This document shows, in pieces, positions 41,406-50,401 of a stretch of 64,000 bases of DNA. The stretch's first letter is position 1. Every line of letters starts with the position of its first letter. The DNA is taken from the NCBI GenBank assembly GCA_963692865.2, contig OY843592.1, positions 1,216,001 to 1,280,000 on the forward strand, written 5' to 3'. The stretch comes from a bacterium. GTDB taxonomy: Bacteria > UBA8248. Under the pieces are notes generated by a model, which searched no databases, was not told the origin of the DNA, and saw only the letters and a program-made list of their open reading frames with translations. Position numbers and translations under genes: made by a program.

Positions 41406-42593
41406 TCACGCGGCGGCGCTTGTCCGCGCCCGCCTTTTCTGCTCGGCGTGAATGAGCCAGGCGATGCTCGTGGCGAGGAGGCAGAGCAGGGCGTAGAAGA
41501 GAAACGACTCCCTGAGTCCCACCGCCTGGGCGATGAGGCCGCCGAGGAAGGGCGACGTCACCGAAGCCGCCTCGTTCGCCGTGTACATTAGTCCGACCGC
41601 GCTCGTGCGGTTCTTCTCGCGAACCACGCCGGTGGTGAGGGTGAGCATGAGGCTCTGGGAGGGATTCAAGCACGCGCCCAGAAGCGCGAGCAGGCCGAAG
41701 AAGACGACCACGGATTCGGCTTGCGACAGGAAAGCGAGGGAGAGCGCGCTCACCGCCATCATGAAGAGGATGACGCGCGTCTCGTTCTTGGGATCCGTGT
41801 ACTTGCCCCAAATCACGGCGAAGGCGGTGCCGACGAGGAAATAGCCCGTGATCGCCCAGCCCACCTCGATGGTGCCCAGCCCCAGCCCCTCGGCCAGCAG
41901 GAGCGGCAGGAAGGTCATGATGCCCCTCAAGCCCATCACCCGGCAGGAGGAGAGCAGCGTCATCAGGATCATGAACCTGTCGCCGAACAACTCGCTGAAT
42001 GTGGAGCGGGCCTCTTTCGCCATCGACTCGCGCCTGCCGGGCGCGTCCTGGAACCGCAGCCAGACGAGCAGGGCGCACGCGACGCCGGGCAGGACGAAAT
42101 ACTGCGCCGCGGCCCGCCAGCTCGCGAGATGGACCGTAAGCCAGCCCATGGCCACCGGCGTCAGGATGCTGCCGAAATCGCCCCCCGCCTTGAAGAGCCC
42201 CATGGCGAGGCCGCGGTTCCTGGGGCTTTCTGCGGCGATCATCGAGACCGCCGCGGGGTGGTAGGCCGAACAGCCCAGACCGCTCAGGAAGACGAAGGTG
42301 AGCAGGGCCGCATACGTGGTCGAGTAGCCGTAGAACCAGGCGGGCAGGGCGTTGAACAGGAGCGAGAGACCCAGAATCAGGCGGGTTTTTCCGGTGAAAT
42401 CGCCCAGAAAAGAGATGGGCAACTGAAACAGGCTGCTCGATAAGGCGTAGACCGACGCGATGAGGCCCGTCTGCGCGTAGTTCAGGCCGAAGTCCGCCAT
42501 GATGAGCGGGAGGATGGGCGTCAGTATCCGGTTGTAGAGCGAGTTCACCGAGTGGCTCGACGCGATGATGAGGATGTTGGTCTTGGCGCTCAT
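41406..42593 (-). CDS. MFS transporter (FSR-like)
   Basis: HSVNSLY, PILP, GLGCSAYHP, RGLAMG; about 12 TM segments. Confidence 0.85.
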   Translation of the reverse strand: MSAKTNILIIASSHSVNSLYNRILTPILPLIMADFGLNYAQTGLIASVYALSSSLFQLPISFLGDFTGKTRLILGLSLLFNALPAWFYGYSTTYAALLTFVFLSGLGCSAYHPAAVSMIAAESPRNRGLAMGLFKAGGDFGSILTPVAMGWLTVHLASWRAAAQYFVLPGVACALLVWLRFQDAPGRRESMAKEARSTFSELFGDRFMILMTLLSSCRVMGLRGIMTFLPLLLAEGLGLGTIEVGWAITGYFLVGTAFAVIWGKYTDPKNETRVILFMMAVSALSLAFLSQAESVVVFFGLLALLGACLNPSQSLMLTLTTGVVREKNRTSAVGLMYTANEAASVTSPFLGGLIAQAVGLRESFLFYALLCLLATSIAWLIHAEQKRRARTSAAA

Positions 42594-42703
42594 GCGGATT
42601 CCAGGGTGGGGAAATGGTTGAACCATGAAGCCGCGCCATTCATACCATCAAACGGCGCGCGCGGGGAAGGGGGGCGCCTCCCGCATCAATCGGGTTTTCA
42701 CCC

Positions 42704-42874
42704 GTAGGGGCCGCATATCATGCGGCCCGTTGCCGGAGGGGCGAAAAAAGCCGGGTCGCATGGTATGCGACCCCTACACCCACTCGACCCGCAGGTCGCC
42801 GTCATTCCGGCTTTCGCCGGAATGACGATCAAAAGCAAAAGGACGCCCCCCGACGAGGCTTTTTCAACAATCCC
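42704..42874. repeat. REP/MITE remnant
   Basis: GTAGGGGCCGCATATCATGCGGCCC...GGGTCGCATGGTATGCGACCCCTAC, CGTCATTCCGGCTTTCGCCGGAATGACG, TTTTTCAACAATCCC. Confidence 0.65.
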
Positions 42875-42967
42875 GCGCGCGCTCACGGTTCGCCGGGGGT
42901 GTGGTATGCTGTGAACGAGCGCCCGAACGCATTCTCGCCGATGAAATACGCGAAAGGGCAACAGCGC

Positions 42968-44584
42968 GTGAAATACGATTTCGATACGCTCCGGGGAGAC
43001 CTTTTCGGCGGCGTCACAGCCATGGTGGTGGCCCTGCCGCTGTCCCTGGCCTACGGCGTGGCCTCCGGCCTGGGCGCGGCGGCGGGGCTGTACGGCGCGA
43101 TAGCCGTGGGTTTTTTCGCGGCGGTCTTCGGCGGCACGCCGACCCAGATCTCCGGCCCCACGGCGCCGATGGCCATCGTCATGGCGATCATCATCTCCAC
43201 GTATGCGGGAAACCTCACCGAAGCCCTGACGGTGGTCGTGCTGGGCGGCCTTCTCCAGGCGCTTCTGGGCGTGTTGAAGCTCGGCCGCTTCGTGGCCTAC
43301 ACGCCCTACGTGGTGGTCTCGGGCTTCATGTCCGGCATCGGCGTCCTCGTCATGGCGATTCAGGTGCTGCCCTTTTTCGGCTCGGCGCCCGTGCCGGGCG
43401 GGGCCGTGGGGATGATTCTCGCGCTGCCCGAGGCGCTGAGACACGTCAACCCGAGCGCCTTGGGCGTAGGCGTCGTCACGCTCGGGGTGGCGGTCTTCTG
43501 GCCGCAGCGTTTCAGGAAAGTCCTGCCCACCCCCCTGGTGGGGTTGTTCGCCGGCGCGTTCGTCGGCGTCGTGTGGCTGAGCGACGCGCCCGTCATCGGG
43601 CGGGTGCCGACCGGCCTGCCGGGGCTCGAAGTGGGGCTGCCCTCCCTGGGCTTTCTGGCGCGCGCGGTGGAGCCCGCGCTCATCCTCGCCCTGATCGGCT
43701 CGGTGGTGAGCCTTCTCACCTGCCTGGTGGCCGACTCGATGACGCGCACGAGCCACGACCCGGACCGCGAACTCATCGGCCAGGGCGTGGGCAACGCGGC
43801 CGCGGGCCTCATCGGCGGCCTGCCCGGCGCCGGGACGCCCGTCTACACGGTGCCCAACATCCGCTCAGGCGGTAAGACCCGCGCGGCGGGCGCGATATTC
43901 GCTCTCCTCCTGCTGGCGCTCCTGCTGGGTCTCGGGCCGTACGTCGAGTCGATTCCGCTCGCCGCCCTCTCGGGCGTTCTGATCAAGGTCGGCTGGGACA
44001 TCATCGACTGGCGCCTACTCACCCGCCTGCACCGCATCAAGCGAGAACACCTCTTCGTCCTGCTGACGACGCTCGGCCTCACGGTGTTCGTCGACCTGAT
44101 AAGCGCCGTGGCCATCGGCCTCATCGTCGCGGGCCTGGCCCATGCGGGACAGCTCGAGAACATGGAACTCGACAGCGTGGTCTCCGTGCCCCTGCTGGAC
44201 CAGATGTTCCTCTACGAAGGAGAAGAAGTGGAAGGGGTCGACCCGTTCGAGGCGCGCGTCGGCATGGTGGCGCTCCGGGGGAGTTTCACCGTGGCGTCGT
44301 CCAAAAAGCTGGTGCGGACGATAAGCCTCGACATCAAGGATCACGAGGTCGTCATCTTCAATTTCACGGAGGCCACCTACATCGACGACAGCGCCGCCAT
44401 GGTCATCAAGCAGCTCATCGACGTCGCCACCGAGGAAGAGACCGAGTCCATCGTCATCGGGCTTTCGGGCGACGTGGCGGAGACGCTCGACGCGCTCGAC
44501 GTCCTGCGGGAGGTGCCGCCGGAGCGAATTCTCGAAAACCTGGACCAGGCGCGAGAGATCGCGAAACCTCTCGTCGGCGTTTGA
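42968..44584 (+). CDS. SulP/SLC26 anion transporter with STAS domain (paralog 1)
   Basis: LRGDLFGG.TAMVVALP, GLYGAI, QISGPT, DRELIGQG.GN, NIRSGGKT, STAS YIDDSA; start GTG 42968 (alternative ATG 42941). Confidence 0.9.
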   Translation: MKYDFDTLRGDLFGGVTAMVVALPLSLAYGVASGLGAAAGLYGAIAVGFFAAVFGGTPTQISGPTAPMAIVMAIIISTYAGNLTEALTVVVLGGLLQALLGVLKLGRFVAYTPYVVVSGFMSGIGVLVMAIQVLPFFGSAPVPGGAVGMILALPEALRHVNPSALGVGVVTLGVAVFWPQRFRKVLPTPLVGLFAGAFVGVVWLSDAPVIGRVPTGLPGLEVGLPSLGFLARAVEPALILALIGSVVSLLTCLVADSMTRTSHDPDRELIGQGVGNAAAGLIGGLPGAGTPVYTVPNIRSGGKTRAAGAIFALLLLALLLGLGPYVESIPLAALSGVLIKVGWDIIDWRLLTRLHRIKREHLFVLLTTLGLTVFVDLISAVAIGLIVAGLAHAGQLENMELDSVVSVPLLDQMFLYEGEEVEGVDPFEARVGMVALRGSFTVASSKKLVRTISLDIKDHEVVIFNFTEATYIDDSAAMVIKQLIDVATEEETESIVIGLSGDVAETLDALDVLREVPPERILENLDQAREIAKPLVGV

Positions 44585-44624
44585 GGGGAAAGATGCGCCT
44601 GAAGGTGAAAAAAGGTTTCCTCCA

Positions 44625-46241
44625 TTGAACTACGATCTCCAGACGCTTCGCGGGGACGTCTTCGGCGGCCTCACATCGACGGTGGTGGCGCTGCCCTTCG
44701 CGCTCTCCTTCGGCGTGGCTTCCGGCATGGGCGCTGCGGCGGGCCTCTACGGGGCGATAGCGCTCGGTTTTTTCGCGGCGCTCTTCGGCGGCGCGCGAAA
44801 CGTCATCTCGGGTCCCGCCCCTTCGATGACCGTCGCCATGGCGGTCATCGTCACCACCCACGCGGCGAGCCTCACCGAAGCCCTGAGCGTGGTCGTTCTG
44901 GGCGGTCTGCTGCAAGTGCTTCTGGGCGCGCTGGGGGCGGGGCGCTTCGTGGTCTACACGCCCCATGTGGTCGTATCCGGCTTCATGTCCGGCATCGGCG
45001 TCATCATCATGGCGATTGAGGCCTTGCCCTTTCTCGGCGCGCCGCCCGCGCCGGGCGGCTTCATGGGCGCGGTTCGCGCGCTGCCCGGGGCGGTGGCGGG
45101 CGCCAACGCCGACGCCCTGGGCGTCGCCCTCGCCACGCTCGCCGCCTTCGCCTTCTGGCCCCGCCGCTTCGCGAGGTTTCTGCCTCCTCCCCTGGTGGCG
45201 CTCGTGGTCGGCTCGCTTCTGGGCGTCTTGTGGCTTCATGAGGCGCCAACCATCGGGCGGATGCCGGCCGGCCTGCCGGGACTCCAACTGGGGCTGCCCT
45301 CCGCCGACTTCCTGGTGGGGGCGCTGCAACCGGCCATCGTTCTCGCCCTGCTGGGTTCCATCGACAGCCTTCTCGCCGCCCTGGTGGCCGACTCGCTCAC
45401 CGGCTCGCGCCACAATCCGAACCGCGAACTGGTGGGGCAGGGGATCGGCAACGTGGCCGCGGGCCTCATCGGCGGACTGCCCGGCTCGGGGGCGACCGTG
45501 AGCACGGTGACGAACATCCGCGCGGGCGGGCGGACGCGGGTTTCGGGAATGTTGCGCGCCGGGCTTTTGCTGGCGCTCCTGCTGGGCCTCGGGCCGTACG
45601 TCGAATCGATTCCTCTCGCCGCTCTCGCGGGCGTTCTGATGAAAGTGGGCTGGGACATCATCGACTGGCGTCTGCTCGCGCGGTTGCGCCACATCCGGCG
45701 CGAGCACCTCTTCGTCATGCTGATGACGCTCGGCCTCACGGTGTTCGTCGATCTGCTGACCGCCGTGGCGATAGGGCTCATCGCCGCGGGGATGGCCCAC
45801 GCGCGGCATCTCGAACGCATCGAGGTCGACAGCGTGGTCTCCGTGCCGATGCTGGATCACGTTTTCCTTGCCGGACATCAAGACGCGGCCTCGGTGAACC
45901 CGTATGCGGCGCGCGTCGGCCTGGTGTCGCTCCGGGGGAGCTTCACCATCGCCTCATCCCATGAACTTGTCGCGGCCATCAGCGCGGACATCAAGGAGCA
46001 CGAGGTCGTCATCTTCGATTTCTCTCGCGCGATTTATCTCGACGACAGCGCGGCCATGCTCATCAGGCGGCTCATGGACGTCGCCGAGCAGGAGCGCACC
46101 GCGTTCCTCGTGATGGGCCTCGCGGGCGACGCCGCGGACACCCTTCGCGCGCTCGACGTTCTGAGGGGCGTGCCGGAGGAGCGAATCGTCGAGACCCTGG
46201 GGGAGGCGCGCGAAACCGCGAAGAACATCCTCGGCGTGTAG
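44625..46241 (+). CDS. SulP/SLC26 anion transporter with STAS domain (paralog 2)
   Basis: Same motif set, colinear with paralog 1. Confidence 0.9.
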   Translation: MNYDLQTLRGDVFGGLTSTVVALPFALSFGVASGMGAAAGLYGAIALGFFAALFGGARNVISGPAPSMTVAMAVIVTTHAASLTEALSVVVLGGLLQVLLGALGAGRFVVYTPHVVVSGFMSGIGVIIMAIEALPFLGAPPAPGGFMGAVRALPGAVAGANADALGVALATLAAFAFWPRRFARFLPPPLVALVVGSLLGVLWLHEAPTIGRMPAGLPGLQLGLPSADFLVGALQPAIVLALLGSIDSLLAALVADSLTGSRHNPNRELVGQGIGNVAAGLIGGLPGSGATVSTVTNIRAGGRTRVSGMLRAGLLLALLLGLGPYVESIPLAALAGVLMKVGWDIIDWRLLARLRHIRREHLFVMLMTLGLTVFVDLLTAVAIGLIAAGMAHARHLERIEVDSVVSVPMLDHVFLAGHQDAASVNPYAARVGLVSLRGSFTIASSHELVAAISADIKEHEVVIFDFSRAIYLDDSAAMLIRRLMDVAEQERTAFLVMGLAGDAADTLRALDVLRGVPEERIVETLGEARETAKNILGV

Positions 46242-46464
46242 GGTTGTTGAAAAAGCCCGATGCGGCGCAATCCCCCTCCTCGTTCTGCGCGGCCCGCCGC
46301 TCCGCCTCACCCTGAGTAGCGGCGAAGCCGCGTATCGAAGGGCGAAATGCGCTCCCCATCCTTCGATACGGCGCTTACGCGCCTACTCAGGATGAGGATT
46401 TGGGGGCGCCGGGATGAGGGTGTCAAAGGCGTCCGCTCCCAAAACCGGTCTATTCAACAACCCC
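46240..46464. mobile_element. MITE-like element (sister of 3170-3402)
   Basis: Starts within the SulP TAG stop (TAGGGTTGTTGAAAAA), ends ATTCAACAACCCC; interior matches about 3187-3347. Confidence 0.7.
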
Positions 46465-46538
46465 TTGATGGTCGGCTCCTCGTTACACGCACGGCGGTGC
46501 GCGATAGTCGGTCGGGGCGTTGTTCGTCTTTTGGATTT

Positions 46539-46892
46539 TCAGGCGGAGACAACGCCCTTCGGCGGATTCACAGGCTCGATGCCGGACAGGACGTCGGCGA
46601 GTTCGCGCTTGGCCGCCTCCAGGTCGTAGACCATCTGCATGCGCAGCCACAACTTCGCCGCCTCGTCGTCCTTGCCGCACAGCCGGGCGAAGCGGAGCGC
46701 CAGATTCGGCGTAACGCGCTCCGGGGACTTCTCACGCATGACGGCGTGGAGCCGCTGACGGGAGACGCCCATGCGTTTCGAGGCTCCGGTGACGCTCAGC
46801 CGGAGGCCTTCTTCGAGAATAATTCCCCAGGCCTCGCCCGGGTGGGAGGCCCGCATGCCGCGCGCGCCTGCGGGGAGTTCTTTCTTGCTCAT
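46539..46892 (-). CDS. higA: HigA-family XRE antitoxin
   Basis: MRASHPGE..LEE, LSVTGASKRMGVSRQRL, VTPNLALRFARL, LWLRMQMVYDL. Confidence 0.85.
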   Translation of the reverse strand: MSKKELPAGARGMRASHPGEAWGIILEEGLRLSVTGASKRMGVSRQRLHAVMREKSPERVTPNLALRFARLCGKDDEAAKLWLRMQMVYDLEAAKRELADVLSGIEPVNPPKGVVSA

Positions 46893-46933
46893 CAGTGGTA
46901 GTCCTCCAGGTCGACGCGGAGAGCCGCGCCATC
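46892..46933 (-). pseudogene. higB: 3' remnant of a higB (RelE-like) toxin gene
   Basis: Frame reads DGAALRVDLEDYH* with TGATG overlap onto the higA start, the typical HigB C-terminus; upstream similarity is lost within about 30 bp, where the nuclease-like gene ends. Confidence 0.65.
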
Positions 46934-46962
46934 GCTACTTTGCCATCCGTCGCTTCCCCGCC

Positions 46963-47496
46963 TCAGTTTACGAGTTCTCTATATTGTACCGATGAGCCAC
47001 ACTTGATCATCTTGAAGAGATGATTAGATCTTTGGTTATTTACTGTAATAGATCTGCGTTTGTTTATACTCCTACCGATATGAAGCAAAACAAGATGCTG
47101 ATTGTTGATTGCAGGATTTAGAAAGTTTGGGTCATTGAAAAACCGGTTGCCTATCGAGGCGCAGTAATCCATTACGCATTGTGCTCCATGAAGTTGCCGC
47201 TCGACTACCGTTCTTTGAATTTTGCCTGATTTGAGTTCGATGAATACGATTGCATCGTCATTCACAATCGCAAAATCGGCCCGTCTCGCTATGCCGTTCC
47301 TGCCGTTTAGGAAGTGAGTTTTCTCCTTGAACCTATCTATCTTTACGAGGAGGCTATCCGCTGGCAATCCTTTCAATTCGATTTCATAAGGGTTCGATGG
47401 ATCGTTTTCTTTCAGAATCGCCACGCCCTGTCCAGAGACTTTGGTGATGGATGATTGATTAAGTATCCTGCGCAGATTATCGATACAGGATGGCAC
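46963..47496 (-). CDS. Hypothetical protein with PD-(D/E)XK-like nuclease motif
   Basis: RRADFAIV...IVFIELKS...VERQLHG; AT-rich; its GTG start directly follows the TAG of the ATPase. Confidence 0.65.
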   Translation of the reverse strand: MPSCIDNLRRILNQSSITKVSGQGVAILKENDPSNPYEIELKGLPADSLLVKIDRFKEKTHFLNGRNGIARRADFAIVNDDAIVFIELKSGKIQRTVVERQLHGAQCVMDYCASIGNRFFNDPNFLNPAINNQHLVLLHIGRSINKRRSITVNNQRSNHLFKMIKCGSSVQYRELVN

Positions 47497-48900
47497 CTAG
47501 TCTTCCTCCCATAAGATGGCATCCTGAATCTCATTCATCTCGTTGATCGTTTCATCGAAACTCCGCGCCTCGATGCCCAATTCCGGGTCTATTTTCGCCT
47601 CCACCAGGGTTTGGCATCTCGTCCTTCGCTGGTTGCCGTCTAATTTAACGAGCGCTTCTTCCGCGATGTACACCTTGATTTTCTCGGCATTTATTAGCTC
47701 GGAAGTGTCGTACCCCTCTCGCTTGGCGATTTTTTTCAAGCGGGGCTTATTCCGGCTCAGCATGATCAGGGTGTTGAGTTCCTTAACGATGTAGTCGCTA
47801 TGCGTGGTGATGAATACCTTGACGCCGAGATTCACCAGCCGAGCGAAAAGCCGCGCGATGCGGCGCTGGTTCTCGGGATGAAGGTTTAATTCCGGCTCAT
47901 CCACGATCAGCAAATCACTTGGTTTTGCTTCATGTCTTAAATAAAAACCGATATCCAGCATGGAGCGAACCCCGCTGGAGCTTTCATCCATCCCCAGCTT
48001 GACGCGCTTATCCCTGGGGATGAAATACAGTTCGTCGTTGCGCGTCACCCTGTATTCGCCACCGATTATGTCGGCGAATTTCTTCAGTATTTCGGGATGC
48101 TTGGCGGCGAGAAAGCTCTTTTGCTTGGCGGCATCCTCTAGTTGACGTGTAAAATCAACGTTTTTTTCAACAGGTAATGGGTAGTCTTGGTATGACTTGT
48201 ACAGCAACTCCCGAGGGTCTATTTTTTCATCCGCTTGGCTCATTTCTTTTAATAGGCGATTGCGGGCAAAGTTCAACTCCTTCCGGAAAATCGCAGCGCC
48301 GGTGCGTTCCGCACTGGCAATGAAGGGAGTGGGAAAAGACGATCCGAAAATTATTTCATGGATAGCACCGGCAATCCTTCGCTCAATAAAGCGATAGGAA
48401 AAGTTCCTTCTTTGCTTGTCCACCAGCAAGGAAATCTCCAAATTTTCACTTTTCTTTTCCTTGGAAAGGGAAAGAGTCTGACGGCCTATGCCGATATTCC
48501 TCTCAAAAGACATTGGTTTTATGGAACTGGAAAAGGTGTCGTTTTCTAAGAACACACGAAACTGACAATCTTGAAATTTCTCCTCGGATGCCGCAAAAAC
48601 ATCATGTAAACTTCTGGAGTAACCACGACAGATACGATTTAGGATTTTTTGCGCGTTTTGGGCGTATTCTGCGAGATTGAGCCGAGACACACCGTTTTCC
48701 CCTAATTCATCGAATACTCTTTTGGGTAAATAACGGTGATCATCAGAGCGAAAACGCTTCCGCAATAAATCCAGGAAACCATACAGGGCATAGGTCGCAT
48801 AGGTTTTGCCGGTATTGTTTTCGCCGCAGATAATGCTGAAATCGCCCAGGCTGAATTCCGCCTGTTTCAGAACACCGAGATTTTGGACTTTAATTTTCAT
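47497..48900 (-). CDS. ABC-type ATPase, AAA_15/AAA_21 (OLD/AbiEii-like) family
   Basis: N-terminal KVQNLG, Walker A GENNTGKT, SAERTG, signature SSSGVRS, Walker B IVDEPELNLHP, H-loop ITTHS; no TM segments; GGAGGT RBS. Confidence 0.88.
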   Translation of the reverse strand: MKIKVQNLGVLKQAEFSLGDFSIICGENNTGKTYATYALYGFLDLLRKRFRSDDHRYLPKRVFDELGENGVSRLNLAEYAQNAQKILNRICRGYSRSLHDVFAASEEKFQDCQFRVFLENDTFSSSIKPMSFERNIGIGRQTLSLSKEKKSENLEISLLVDKQRRNFSYRFIERRIAGAIHEIIFGSSFPTPFIASAERTGAAIFRKELNFARNRLLKEMSQADEKIDPRELLYKSYQDYPLPVEKNVDFTRQLEDAAKQKSFLAAKHPEILKKFADIIGGEYRVTRNDELYFIPRDKRVKLGMDESSSGVRSMLDIGFYLRHEAKPSDLLIVDEPELNLHPENQRRIARLFARLVNLGVKVFITTHSDYIVKELNTLIMLSRNKPRLKKIAKREGYDTSELINAEKIKVYIAEEALVKLDGNQRRTRCQTLVEAKIDPELGIEARSFDETINEMNEIQDAILWEED

Positions 48901-49161
48901 ATCCCCACCTCCACGACCCTTACCGTATCGTTGTCGAAGGTGTTTCTATATTTCTTCGTGCGAGATATATCACCTCGCGTTTGCTTTTTATACGCATGAA
49001 CTGCTCCGCCGCACTATAAGTGGGCATAAGTCCGAAAAGCAAGATTGCCCCTGAAGCGTCTGTTGATGTTTAAGCCATGTGCGGCGCGCGCAGGTGAGGG
49101 GACAATTGGCGCATAGCCAAAGTGAACGAGTCATAATCGCTCGGCGCCCCTGCCCCACGAT

Positions 49162-49727
49162 TCAGGCAGGCGGGGTTTCGCCGCCAAAGCCCAGGGCGCG
49201 TTGCATGATCACGCACTCGAGCCATCGGCCGTGCTTGAAGCCGACCGACTGCATAGCGCCGACGAGGCGGAACCCAGCGCGTTCGTGGAGCCTGATCGAG
49301 GCCGCGTTCGCCGAGTCGCCGATGACCGCGACCATCTGGCGCACCCCCGCTTGGGCGCATGATTCGATCAGCTTATCGAGCAGCGCGGCGCCCAGACCCT
49401 GGCGCAAGAAGCCGCGCTCGACGTAGACCGAGTTTTCGACGGCGTGGCGGTAGGCCGGCCTGTGGTGGTAGGACGCCGCATAGGCGTAGCCACGGACGGC
49501 GCCCTCGACCTCCGCGACGAGCCAGGGGAGGCCTTTCGCTCTCACGGCCCGGAAGCGGCGGCGCATCTCCTCCAAATCGAGCAAACCCTCCTTCATCAGT
49601 CGGGTCTGACTTCCTCGAACGTAGCCTGCCCGTGCAGCACGTGGTGGGCGTATATCTCGCAAATGGCGGGCAGGTCGTCTTCGCGCGCGTCTCGCACGAG
49701 CGGCCCCGCTTTCGAATCGGCTTTCAT
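49162..49727 (-). pseudogene. GNAT phosphinothricin-acetyltransferase-family gene frameshifted by a 23-bp insertion
   Basis: N-part VRDAREDDLPAICEIYAHHVLHGQATFEEVRPD* and C-part DLEEMRRRF...GYAYA...RPAY...ENSVYV...GFKHGRWL are in different frames; removing CTGATGAAGGAGGGTTTGCTCGA restores FEEVRPDLEEM. Confidence 0.8.
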
Positions 49728-50401
49728 CGGCGCTCCCCGCTCTCGTAAAATCACGGACCCGGCGCGCGGCGGATCAAGATGCCGGATTATATGCTCGGCA
49801 TTGCCCTTGTTGGCCATGAGAGCCGCACCCGGCCGGACGCGTATGCGGCGAGGCCCTCATCACAAGATTCTTGCCTGCTCGGTCGAGGCCGCCGGCGCAT
49901 TTGCCCGCATTTTCAGTCGCGGGACATGAATCGCAAGGGAGTAACCTGACGGGTTGGCGCGCCGCCAACTGCTTTTTCTCGGACAGGCGCAGTTCCTTCT
50001 GTCCGGTCGGCGAGACTCGTTCGTCGTTCGAGAGCGACATACGCCTTTTCCCGCATCTGCGCTCGCGCTGCTCAGGGCGCGAACGTGTATGGTGGCGAAG
50101 CGAGTCGCTGCGTCCGGAGCCGGGGGAATTTCTGAAAATATGTATAAAATTGTATAAATTCACGGGGTTTTTCGACAAATACCTGAGGATTTATTTTCCT
50201 GGGGTGAGACGCCGCGGAATCCGGGCGCAGGGGAATTCTGCCACGACCCTTGGGTTTCTCGATGACGGCAAATGCGCGGAATTGCGGGGAGTTGCGAGGG
50301 TGAAATTCTCCCGGCGCGCTTTGCGCCGACGCGCGCGTTTTGCCAGAATGCGCACGGATGGAAGGGCCTGATTTAACCGGGGTTTCCTGGGAGAGACTTT
50401 C

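Noticed and set aside
49593-49598. TGA-TGA in the GNAT gene as selenocysteine recoding (selAB nearby)
   Set aside because: The downstream part is in a different frame; a 23-bp insertion explains it and the position is not a Cys site.
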